Part shown: in pieces, positions 38,904 to 49,228 of the stretch
Position numbering within the stretch: position 1 is the first letter of the stretch
Layout of the letters: the number at the start of each line of letters is the position of its first letter
Origin: Isurus oxyrinchus
Lineage: Eukaryota
Assembly: GCA_026770705.1 (NCBI GenBank)
Contig: JANJGN010000008.1
Location: forward strand, 87,978,001 to 88,042,000
Reading direction: 5' to 3'
Length of the DNA: 64,000 bases
Notes under the pieces: generated by a model
Databases searched by the model: none
What the model was told of the DNA's origin: nothing
Seen by the model: only the letters and a program-made list of their open reading frames with translations
Program-made: the position numbers and the translations under genes

Positions 38904-39134
38904 AAAACAAAGAAAACTGCGGATGCTGGAAATCTAAAACAAAAACAGAATTACCTGGAAAAACTCAGTAGGTCTGGCAGCATCGGCGGAGGAGAAAAGA
39001 GTTGACGTTTCGAGTCCTCATGACCCTTCGACAGTTCTGTCGAAGGGTCATGAGGACTCGAAACGTCAACTCTTTTCTCCTCCGCCGATGCTGCCAGACC
39101 TACTGAGTTTTTCCAGGTAATTCTGTTTTTGTTT
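38904..39134. mobile_element. Fold-back mini-element derived from the Penelope terminal/hammerhead region, with 14-bp TSD
   Basis: Perfect 98-bp inverted arms 38937-39034 / 39037-39134 with a TT spacer; near-identical to 2126-2223; TCTGTACAAACCTA at 38885-38898 and 39134-39147. Confidence 0.92.
39033..39071 (+). ncRNA. Minimal hammerhead ribozyme motif in the right arm of the fold-back element
   Basis: AGTT-CTGTCGA-A-GGGTC-ATGAG-GACTC-GAAA-C-GTC-AACT, identical to 5445-5483; GUC at 39065-39067. Confidence 0.72.
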
Positions 39135-39825
39135 CTGTACAAACCTAGTTTTGCATAGCAGTGATTAAATCTTAATAGCCTCACCAAGATACATGCATAC
39201 ACACTGTTGCAGAGCAATAATACATCATGCTTCAACCATTATAAAATTATTGTGAACTATGCGATGTGAGTTTGTTAGTAATATGACAAAAAGGTATATC
39301 TAACGTGCATTTCCTGATCATCACCCTTCTCTGTCACACTTCAATGTCTCACTCAAATACATGTATGTATCATACTTAGAAAAAACAATGGCAGCTATTC
39401 TGCCTGGGATCCAGACTGCCTGTAAGCTTTGAGAAAACTTAACAATCATCACTTACGAGGACCTATAGACTGGAAAGTAACCAAATCCTGGCATCGCACA
39501 GTATGTGCCTAACAGTAATTAGAATTTGAATTCTTAATAGGGCACATCTTAGCAGCAGAAAGGTACATTATGGACAAATGGTGGTGTTCCACAAGGATTG
39601 GAGCTGGTGACCGCTTTTGTTTACTATTTATATAAATGCTTTGGACTTGGCATACAATTTTAAAATTTGTGGGTGAGCTTTACAGTTAGTACAGAGGAGG
39701 ACTGCGACAAAATACAGGAAGACATTAATAAATGGGCATGTAATTGGGAAATAAACATCAATTGAGTTATGTGTGAGTAATATATTTTGGTAGGAAGAAT
39801 AAGGAGTCATATTCCTTGAAAATTA

Positions 39826-40507
39826 AAGACTAAATTTAATGTCATGCCCCGTGGCGAGTGCATTTAAAAAGGAGGCAAGGTGCTGGGCAGAGAGCCCACC
39901 ACTTTCCCGCTACTGTCCAGATTATGTCAGTAGTGGGAAGGCCCATGGATGGCCTCCCAGCACCGCTGCTAACCGAGGCCCTAAATTGCCCACTTAATTG
40001 CCTCATTCCGCCACTGCTCATACTCATCCAACAGTGGGCAGGGACTCACCATGCAGGAAGCACAACAATGAAAATCCTGTTAGGATTGCTCGCGGGCGAT
40101 CAGCATTCAAAAGCAGTCAGTGCCTGATTGAGGAATCCGGCATTGGGAAGTGGGGGCCCCACTGAGATCCACCCCGTTGCCTTGCTGCTGACCCTCCACC
40201 CACCTTTCCTCACAAACCCCACCCATGACCCTCTTCCCGCCATCACTCAGCTATGTCTGGGCCCGTGGGGTGGATGTAGTACTGGCAGCAGCCACCACCT
40301 CCCTGGTGGTGCTGCTGAGCAATGAAAAGCTGCTGGCCTCTGGTCAGCCAGGAGCTCTCAGTGGGCAAGGCTTCCATTCCTAGGGTCCTTGATCCCAGGG
40401 AAGGTCTGCTGTTGTGCAATTAAGTGCCTGATCTGCCTTTCTTCACAGGAGCGATGCAAGGCTCTCCGGCTGGCAAGCAAAACCCTCATCACCAAATTAA
40501 ATACCCC
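39826..40507. mobile_element. Degenerate non-autonomous DNA transposon (Harbinger-like MITE)
   Basis: GC-rich insert interrupting CR1 with weakly inverted ends (AAATTTAAT / ATTAAAT). Confidence 0.55.
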
Positions 40508-40555
40508 TTAAAGTATCTAAATGAAGGAACAGAGATCTTATGGTACAGATACATA

Positions 40556-41125
40556 GGGCAAAGTTTTTAGCTCAGTGGGCGGGCACTCACCCGACACGCT
40601 TGAGCTTAAAATGACGCACATTGACATCGGGCGAGTGTCCCGATGTCAATGCGCAATCGTGTGATATTTTGGTCGGAGGTTGCACGCCAGGGTTGGCAGC
40701 GTGCCCGCCAACAATTAAAAGGCCTGTTAAGGCCATTAAATTATCAATTAAGTTACATTTTTCGCTGCCCGTCCAACCTTATGGAGTCACATGAGGGAAC
40801 ATGTTTTATTACATTTTTAAGTTCTTTATTATTTTTTAAAAAGTCTTCATCTCCCTGAGGCAGCTCTGTGCCTCAGGAAGATTCTGAAGTTCACACACAA
40901 ATGCTCTTAAGCGAAGTTCGCGCTCGCCCTACTCGCTCTCTTCCCCCTCCCGCACTGCCCGCACAGGCAGCGCTGAGCGTTGCTGCGCGTATTTCACATT
41001 GGATAGGCCTTACTTGGCCCGCCAGGGTGAAATCACCTTCTGGCCTCGATCGCGGGCGGTTGTCGGCTTCCCCACCACCCCTACCCGCCCCACCGAGCCG
41101 GCCTGACATCGGCTAAATTCTGCCC
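40556..41125. mobile_element. PIF/Harbinger-type MITE
   Basis: Ends GGGCAAAGTTT / AAATTCTGCCC, flanks ATA/GTA, interrupts CR1; homologous to 23912-24310 and 44488-45195. Confidence 0.8.
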
Positions 41126-42149
41126 GTAGACCACTAAATCTAGCAACACAAACCATAATAAAAACCAGGAATAGAAATGAAAATCACTGAATGTCCTATA
41201 CCCTATTGTTTGGCTACTCTTGGAGTACTGTGAAAGGTTTTGGTCTCCAAATTATGAGAAGGATTTAGAGGCACTGGTTAAGGTTCATAAAAGTTTTACA
41301 AGAATAATATCTGAACTGACAGTTATACCTATCTGGAAATATTGAACAGACAGCAGTTCTTTCCTTGAGAAAAGAGAAAACTGTGCAATGACTAGATGAA
41401 GGGTTAAAGGGTTTGATAGGGGAGACTAAGAGAAGGTATTTCCACTCGACGGAGACCAGAACCTGGGGTCATAAAGGTAATATAGTCACTCATAAATCCA
41501 ATAGGGAATTCAGAAGAGACTTCTTTACCCTGAGAGTGGTTTGAATTTTTCTTTATTCTTTTATGGGGTGTAGGCATCGCTGCCAAGGCCAGCATTTATT
41601 GCCCATCCCTAATTGCCCTTGAGAAGATGTTGGTGAGCTGCCTTCATGAACTGCAGTCCATGTGGTGTAGGTACACCACAGTGCTGTTAGGGATGGAGTT
41701 CCAGGATTTTGACTCAGCGACAGTGAAGGAATGATGATATATTTCCAAGTCAAGATGGTGTGTGGCTTGGAGGGGAACTTGCAGGTGGTGGTGTTCCCAT
41801 GCATTTGCTGTCCTTGTCCTTCTAGGTGCCAGAGATCGTGGGTTTAGAAGGAGCTGTTGAATGAGCCTTGGTGAGTTGCTGCAGTACATCTTGTGTAGAG
41901 TACACACTGCTGCCACTATAGTGGAGGGAGTGAATGTTGAAGGTGGTGGATGGGGTTCCAATCAAGTGAGCTGTTTTGTCCTGGATGATGTTGAGCTTCT
42001 TGAGTGTAGTTGGAGCTGCACTCGTCCAGGCAAGTGGAGAGTATGATTGATTGTGGAACTCGCTACCAAGAGGAGTAGTTGAGGCAGATGTCATAGATGT
42101 GTTCACGTGAAATCTAGATATGTCATGAAGGAGGAATAAACCAAAGGAA

Positions 42150-42285
42150 TAAAAACAGAAAAAGCTGTAAATACTCAGCCGGTCTGGCAGCATCAATGGA
42201 GACAAAAACAGGAATGTTTGGTTGACTTGAAATATAAATTGTTTCTCTCGCTGCAGATGTCAGACCTACTGAGCATTTCCAACAT
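42150..42285. mobile_element. Older fold-back PLE-derived element; right end displaced to 44428-44475 by a CR1 insertion
   Basis: AAAACAGAA...ATACTCAGCCGGTCTGGCAGCATC is inverted relative to GATGTCAGACCTACTGAGCATTTCCAACAT|TTTCTGTTTTTATTTCTGGTTTTCAGCATC. Confidence 0.7.
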
Positions 42286-44427
42286 AGAAATAAATAATTA
42301 TGATTTGATAGCCATTAAAGAGACCTGGAATATTAAAGGGTATAGGACATTTAGGAAGAACAGGAAGTGAGGAAAAGATGGAAAGGTGACTCCATTTGTT
42401 AATGATGATATAGTACATTAGAGAGGGATGACCTAAGTTCAGGAAACTAGGTTGTGGAAATGGTTTGGGTAGAGTTGAGAAATTGTAAAGGCAAGAAACC
42501 ACTTGTGGGAGTCATGTACAGCAACCACATCTTATGATGGAGCATAAAGAGAGAAATAATGGGAGCTTGTTAGAAAGGCACGGCAATAATCATGGGAGAT
42601 TTTAATCTACATATGAACTGTAAAAGTCAGATGGGCAAAGGTAGCCTAGATGACAAGTTCATAAAATATTTCCGGGATAGTGTCTTAGAGCAGCATGTTC
42701 CTGAGCCAACCAGAGAGCAGGCTATACTAGGCCTGGTATTGTGCAATGAGATGGGATTAATTAATGAACTCATAGTGAAGGTGTCCCTAGGTAGTAGCGA
42801 TCATAACATGATTGGTGTTTACATTCAGTTTGAGGGAGAGAGGAGTGGGCCCAAGACTATGTTTTTAAACTTAAATAAAGACATTTATGAGGGCATGAAA
42901 ACAGCTGGCTGAAGTGAATTGGCATATTAAGTTAAGGGCTAGGTCAACAGAGATGCAGTGGCAAACTTTCAAGGGGATATTTCAGAATGCACAGAAACAT
43001 TCCAATGAGAAAGAAAAAGTCCAAGGGATAGACACACCATCTGTGGTTAGCTAAAATAATTAAAGATAATATCAAACTTAAAGAATAGGTGTATAATTGC
43101 GCTAAGATAAATGGAAGGCCAGAAGATTGTACAGACTATAAGGAACAGTAAAGGATGACTAAAAAATTAATTAAGGAGTGAAAAATTAGGGTACGAGAGA
43201 AAGCAAGCCAGAAATATAAAAATGGATAGTGAGAGTTTCTATAAATATTTTAAAAGGAACAAGTTAACAAAATGATAGAAAGTGAGTCTGGAGAATTGAT
43301 AATGGAAACCAGGAAATGGGAGATGAATTCAACAGGTATTTTGCATCAGTCTTCACTATAGAGGATACAAATAACATCCCAGAAGCAGCTATAAACCAGG
43401 AAATGGAAGGTAAGGAGGAATGCAGGAAAATTACAATCATCAGAGAAGTGCTACTGAGTAAATTGTTGGAGCTGCGGGCTAACAAGTGCCCGGGTCCTGA
43501 TAGTCTTCAACCTAGGGTCTTAAAAGAAGCGGCTCATGAGAGAGTTGATACATTGATTTTAATTTTCCAAAGCTCCCTAGATTTGGGGAAGGTCCCATTA
43601 GATTGGAAGATAGCAAATGTAATTCCATTATTCAAAAGGGAGGGAGACAGAAAGCAGGAAACTACAGGCCACTTAGCTTAACACCTGTCATAGGGAAAAT
43701 GTTAGAAGTTATTATTAAATAAACTATAGCAGGGCACTTGCATAAGTTCAAGGTAATCAGGCAGAGTCAACATGGTTTTGTGAAAGGGAAATCATATTTA
43801 ATCAACCTACTGGAGTTCTTTAAAGAAGTAACATGTGCTGTGAATAAATGGGAACCGGTGGGTGTACTGCACTTAGATTTCCAGAAGGCAATTGATAAAT
43901 TGCCACATCAGAGATTATTTTGGAAAATAAAAGCTCATGATATAGGAGGTAACGTATTGGCATGGACAGAAGATTGGCTGGCTAACAGGAAGCAAAGAGT
44001 AGGCATAAATGGATCTTTCTCAGGTTGGCACAGGGATCACTGCTAGGACCTCAACTGTTTACAATTATATAAACGACTTGGATGAAGGGATGGATGGGAT
44101 AGTTGCCAAATTTGCTGATGACACAAAGGTAGGTAAGAAAGTAAGTTGTGAAGAGGACATAAGGAGGCAAAATTTTTTCTCTGAGGGTCGTGAGTCTCTG
44201 GAACTCTCTTCATGCAAAGGCGGTGGAAGCAAAGTTTTCGAATACTTTTAAGGCAAAAGTGGATAGATACTTGGTGAGCAAGGGGGTGATAGGTTATCGG
44301 GGATAGGTCGGATGCAGATTTGAGATTACTATCAGATCAGCCATGACCTTGTTAAATATTGGAGCAGGCTCGAGGGGCCAAATGGCCTGCTCCTGATTCT
44401 TGCTTTTATGTTCATATGTTCCTATGT
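42286..44427 (+). mobile_element. CR1 LINE (APE + RT with internal deletions), candidate TSD AACAT
   Basis: MGDFNLH, KCPGPD, QHGFVKGKS, LDFQKA, KFADDTK; tail (TATGTTC)n; AACAT at 42281-42285 and 44428-44432. Confidence 0.92.
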
Positions 44428-44487
44428 AACATTTTCTGTTTTTATTTCTGGTTTTCAGCATCTAGCATACTTGCTCTTGAAGAAACA

Positions 44488-45195
44488 TAGCATAGAATTT
44501 TCCCATCGGTGAGTGGGGTGGGGGTGGGGCGGGGGGGGGGGGGGGAGCGGGGCCCACTCGCCGAAGCATAAAATGATGCGTGGTCACATCGGGCGGGCAT
44601 CCCAACGTCACCGTGTGTCATTTAGATTGTCAGTCTGGCGGGCACGCAGCCAAGTCGGCTATGCACCCACCGAACTGTCAAAGGCCTATTAGGGCCATTA
44701 AGACAGTAATTAAAGTAGTTAAGAATGCTGCTTGTCCAACCTTAAGGTTGGGGGGCAGGTGAAGAGCCCAGGCGGCCTTCGCATTTTTCATGAAACCTCA
44801 CCTAAGGAGGGAAGAGGTTTCATGAAGGGTTTATTAATTAAGTAAAAATTTTTGAAAAAATTAATGGACATGTCCCAGCTCATGTTACAGTTTCACATGA
44901 GGGGACATGTCCTTAAAAAAATTTTTTCACCTTAATTAAATTTTCCATAACTTAAACTAATCTCCCTGAGGCACCTCTGTGCTCAGCGAGATTTTTGCAC
45001 TCTTTCGCATATGCGCGAACCCTCCAATCGCACAGGGAGTGCATTGTGCTTCTGGGTGTGCATCACGCTGGGTGGGCCTTAATTGGCCCGCCCACATAAA
45101 ATGGCAGCGCGCACCCGATAGGGGGCACCAATCGGGTTCGGGCTCGCTCCTGTCTGCCCCCGCACAACCACCCTGATTGGGGGAAAATTCAACCT
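44488..45195. mobile_element. PIF/Harbinger-type MITE (longest copy) with poly-G tract
   Basis: Ends TAGAATTTTCCC / GGGAAAATTCAA; shares internal blocks with the 23912 and 40556 copies; G-run at 44514-44545. Confidence 0.8.
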
Positions 45196-45200
45196 ATGAA

Positions 45201-46142
45201 GTTATGTTGCTGGAGTTTATGATGAAAGTATAATAATTTTCATAATATTTTTCTGGTTTATTGTGAAGTAGATTTATGGGGGTAATTATAGTTGGGCCTG
45301 TGCGTGATTTAGTTATATTTAGAGTCAAGTAGACTGCAAGTTTGAAATCATCAAAATAAGCTAGGTGCTTGACATGTGAATGAATAAACTTGGATGTTGG
45401 CTTAGCATGTAAGGTGTGAAGGGGATTTGCATTTTTAGATAAATGAAGAGATTTGGATTTCAAAGGGATTTTAGTCTGTTTACACCTAGCCAGATAAGCA
45501 AGGCTAAGGAATGTGTTTATTTTTCCCAAAGGTTACTAACAATATATTAGCAACATGGAAAGTTTTTATTTTATGAGGAAGATACAGTTTCAAAGGCACA
45601 TGTAATAATATAATTTGTGTATTAAAAAAAGAGAAAGATATATAAAGGAGAATGAAAGGCTATGTGTTAGAAGGCCATGTAAGATCTAACAGGAACATGT
45701 GAAATAGTCTTAATGAAGCCCTCAGCCATGTGTGCATGAGCCTGTTATATAACAAAACTGACGTTACAGAAAGCCATTTGGAATTCCACGGTCAAGTGGG
45801 CATTGTGTTAACTTGCTGGTCCTGTTTTAAATCTGAAATCTACTCTAGACTGTTGCCTTAAAGAGAGTGTAACTGGGAGTCAGGTCAATTAGGAATTTTA
45901 GGAGTTATTACAGTAGTTAGTAATTGTAGTCTTATGTCTGTGCTTGAAATCTTTTATATTTTGTTAATAAATATTTTAGTTTTAATTTTTAAAACCTCTA
46001 AAGGTTTTGGTGGAAGTATTACTTCTGAATTTAGTACACACATCTTGTAATAAATATAAATTGCAAAACTGTTATGATAGTTGCCTAAGTTTCCTTTGTG
46101 GGTTTGGTCCACTTGACATACATCATCTTCCATGTCATAACA
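45201..46142 (+). repeat. Possible solo LTR
   Basis: Inverted termini GTTATG / CATAAC(A), TATATAAA near 45639, AATAAA at ~45966 and ~46049; no clean TSD seen. Confidence 0.45.
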
Positions 46143-46572
46143 GGTTGGATTGAGAGGTGGGGGAGAAGGTTCATTTGGAGCTTTAACCCTTGATTAGACC
46201 AACTGGCCTGTGTTTGTGCTGTGAGTACTTTATGCTAGCATAGAAATAGCACTGTGGTGTACCAATGGCTCACCACCACCTTCTCAAGGGCGATTAAGGA
46301 TGAGCAAGAAATGGTGGCCTAGCCAGCGATGCTCACATCCCATGAAAGAATAAAAAAGAAATAATCTGGTCCTCTCAAAACAGCAGATTTGGATGATTTA
46401 TGTGATCTAGCCATCTGCTTGGCCTATATAAGTAGGTAAATAAATCTGGCATGATTTCCTGATCGGTCATTGGGAAATTTGAGGCACTCAAAAGCAAAAA
46501 TAAAACCTTTTCATGGTTTGAGTGCATTTTTCACACGATTCTTCCTAAATCCCAGTCTGCTCGCCACCTCTT

Positions 46573-46927
46573 GGGAGTTGCCAAACTTCCAGAATTGGCC
46601 TTGAGCAGACAAGAATGGAAGAGTCATCTCCAGGCCATTGCCGTGAGCAGCCCTGGAGAAAAATCAGAGGGGCACTAGAAACCATTCTGCCTTTTGTTTC
46701 TTTCTTTGAGTGGCTTATGTTTACCAGCTCTCACAATATTGAAGATGGGGGGGGAAAAAATCTGTTTAGTCAATTCTTGGCTGTTAATGAATCAGCTATT
46801 CATTTTCCGTGAGGTGTTGTTAAGGTGGTGTGTCGGGTCATTGATGGTGGCAGTGTGGGGGTGGGGAGAGGGGCAATTGGAGGTGGGTTTACTCCAGGAT
46901 TACATTCGACCAGAATTAGCAACCCTA
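46573..46927. mobile_element. Degenerate hAT-like MITE (TAGGGTTGCCA-type TIR)
   Basis: Left end GGGAGTTGCCAA, right end TTAGCAACCCTA. Confidence 0.45.
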
Positions 46928-47339
46928 CACCTCTGACTTCCCTTTTCCACATGCGCCGAACTTAAACCGTATCCTCGAACATGCCTTGAGCAAGCCACAA
47001 GTGATCTAGTGGTTGCTTGAAGTGAGAAGTGTCATACCAAAGGATGATGCATTTATCACAGGGAGGAAATGTTGTAGATGGCACAGTACAAAATCACTCC
47101 ATGTGGCTGATTATAAGGTTTTTTTTCATTTTTAACCTTGATTTTTTAACATGATACAGGCAGGATCATAAATGGAAAAAACATGTTTAATGCACATTAC
47201 AATACAACTTGGATCCCCGTCAGAGGGAAGAGGTGGTTGGAATTGGGTCAGATCCCTAATTATCAGAAACCCAAGAGGATATATATCATTTTGTTTTTCT
47301 CTTTGAGCTGTTTTCTGGGGACTTTATTGAGGGTGCCAG

Positions 47340-47406
47340 AGGTGCTGGATGTTGGGAGTAGCCTTGGCTCCGCCTGGTGGTAACTGTGCCGCGTCGCGTA
47401 TGCACA

Positions 47407-47437
<31 letters not shown>

Positions 47438-47680
47438 CCTGGGCGAGGCGAGAGCTGCAGACAGCGATCAATAGCAGCTGGAGGGAGGCGCAGCATTGGA
47501 GCAGCCTATAGTCAGAGCCCAGCACACTCGCACAGCGCTGCTATTGTATGGGCACAGGAGCAAATCACATCCCTACAAGACTCCAGCAGAAGAAGCTAGA
47601 GGGAGAGAGAGAGAAAAAAAAGTGCTTAGTTTTTATTTTATTTTTTAACTGATAGATTATAATACCCTTTAAAAAAAAAC
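47340..47680 (+). promoter_or_regulatory. Putative promoter and 5' UTR of the short CRMP/DPYSL isoform
   Basis: Transposon-free, locally CpG-rich (GCCGCGTCGCG, GGGCGAGGCG) segment directly upstream of the first coding exon. The TSS cannot be placed from sequence. Confidence 0.65.
47403..47437. repeat. Compound (CA)n(GA)n microsatellite
   Basis: CACACACACACACACACACACAGAGAGAGAGAGAG read directly. Confidence 0.95.
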
Positions 47681-47728
47681 ATGATGATGTCGGGATATCA
47701 GGGTAAAAAGAACATTCCTCGGATAACG
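47681..47728 (+). CDS. DPYSL2: First coding exon of dihydropyrimidinase-related protein (CRMP) short isoform; DPYSL2 favoured, DPYSL3 not excluded
   Basis: ATG ATG ATG TCG GGA TAT CAG GGT AAA AAG AAC ATT CCT CGG ATA ACG = MMMSGYQGKKNIPRIT, then a phase-0 donor GTATGT (47729-47734). This matches the CRMP2/CRMP4 N-terminus MSYQGKKNIPRIT|SDRLLIKGG, including the exon boundary. The family call is firm. The paralog call rests on my recollection that fish CRMP2 starts MSGYQG. Confidence 0.85.
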
Positions 47729-49194
47729 GTATGTTTCTATGCCTGTTTTGTTGCATCTTCTAATCGTGCAGTTGTTCTCTCCTTGGATTCTTTGCGCCGG
47801 GACTAGATAAGACTACAAATGGTCAGGGATGTATATTTACTGCATTGTGTTGCTGGCTTCTAGCCTCCAGTGCACTGTGCTGCAGATAATAGAAATCTTA
47901 AAGTGGGGCTTTTTCTGTGTGTGTGCGCATAGGAAACAGCACCGTTGCAAGAAGGTAATGTGTGAAAGAAATCTGCCTTGAATTTTAATCGAGGTTATTT
48001 ATCCGGGGCGGGGGAATGTTTGTTTCCCCCTTTTTTTGTTATTTAATTGCAACTTTAAAAACGACTTAAGTTGTTGAGAATAGGGATTTTACAGGTTCCT
48101 GGAGTGACTACCGTTAGGAATTATGCGTTCTGTTCTTTACAAACGAGGCGTACTCTTAGTGTTAGCGATCCAGAGACTGAAATCTTACATTTTTTAAGGC
48201 AATTCTTGTTGCTTCATGTGCCTTTTTTAACAGACGAATCCCACCGGTGTGCTAACTTTTATTTGTCTATACATACACACGTTTGTGTGTGTATATTTAT
48301 ACATACATGTTTTATTTCAACATGGGGAGTGGGACCAGTTAGAAAACAAGCGCGGAGACACCACCCAGTTAGCTCTTTATGGCACAGTCTCTCCGTTGCA
48401 TCACTAAAACTGCATTTACACAGTGAAACGAATAGATACGGAGTCAGTGAGCTTTGCGGGCTGATTTGAGGATTGGCTGGCGGGATAAACTTCAGTCCCG
48501 GCTGGACTGACTGTGTGTCCTTTAGCTTCTTTCTGGACCAGTCTTATTGTCGTGTTGGGGCTGTTGCCTTTGTCTCTGACGAATTGGGATATGTTGGGAA
48601 GGCGTGGGGTGGAGGCATTCTGTCAGGTCAAACAAAAGAATTTAATCCAGTGCATGAAAGGGACTGGCAGCAGGTTTGAGTCTTTTTTTGTAAAAGGAAA
48701 TTGGCCAGCACGCACATTCATTGTACAGATCAATACTTAATATTTTTTATGTATTCCATTAAAAAATTCCAAATCTTAATTTCCAGTCATCTGCAGCATT
48801 CCAAATGATTTCAGTATAAAGCAATTACAATTATCGATGCATTGTGACTGTGCATGCATCTTTGTGTTATATTCTTTGGGTGGAGTCAAGGAATGGGTGG
48901 GGAACAGGAGGTAAAGTCCCTTGATAGTGCAATGTGGTAGCTCCCTCTCTCCTCCTCTGAGTGGGGCTGAATCCCATTTTTCTTGGCGATATTGGTTTCT
49001 ATAATGTGTACCAAATTCCATCTACAAGTTCTAAAGGTAGATGAGTGAAATAATATTCATAATTTGATAAAACATAAAAGAGATTTTAAATTTTTTTTCA
49101 GTTGCTATGGTTTTTGAGATGTCCCGGCTGTGTATCTTCTATTCGATTTACAAGAACTGGGGTCTCCTGCCATGCACCACATGCTCATGCACGC

Positions 49195-49196
49195 AT

Positions 49197-49227
<31 letters not shown>

Positions 49228-49228
49228 C
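49195..49228. repeat. (CA)n microsatellite
   Basis: Direct reading. Confidence 0.95.

Larger units (their letters stand above)
39500..42150 (+). mobile_element. Old CR1 RT/3' region fragmented by two MITEs and a minus-strand HER1 fragment (41548-42045)
   Basis: GGTGTTCCACAAGGA (GVPQG), TTGGAGTACTGTG (LEYC) and CCCTGAGAGTGGTT pieces are colinear with other CR1 copies. Confidence 0.75.

Noticed and set aside
48071-48469. 132-aa ORF downstream of the CRMP exon
   Set aside because: Non-ATG start, no recognisable domain, includes low-complexity TG/TA sequence and lies in the intron.
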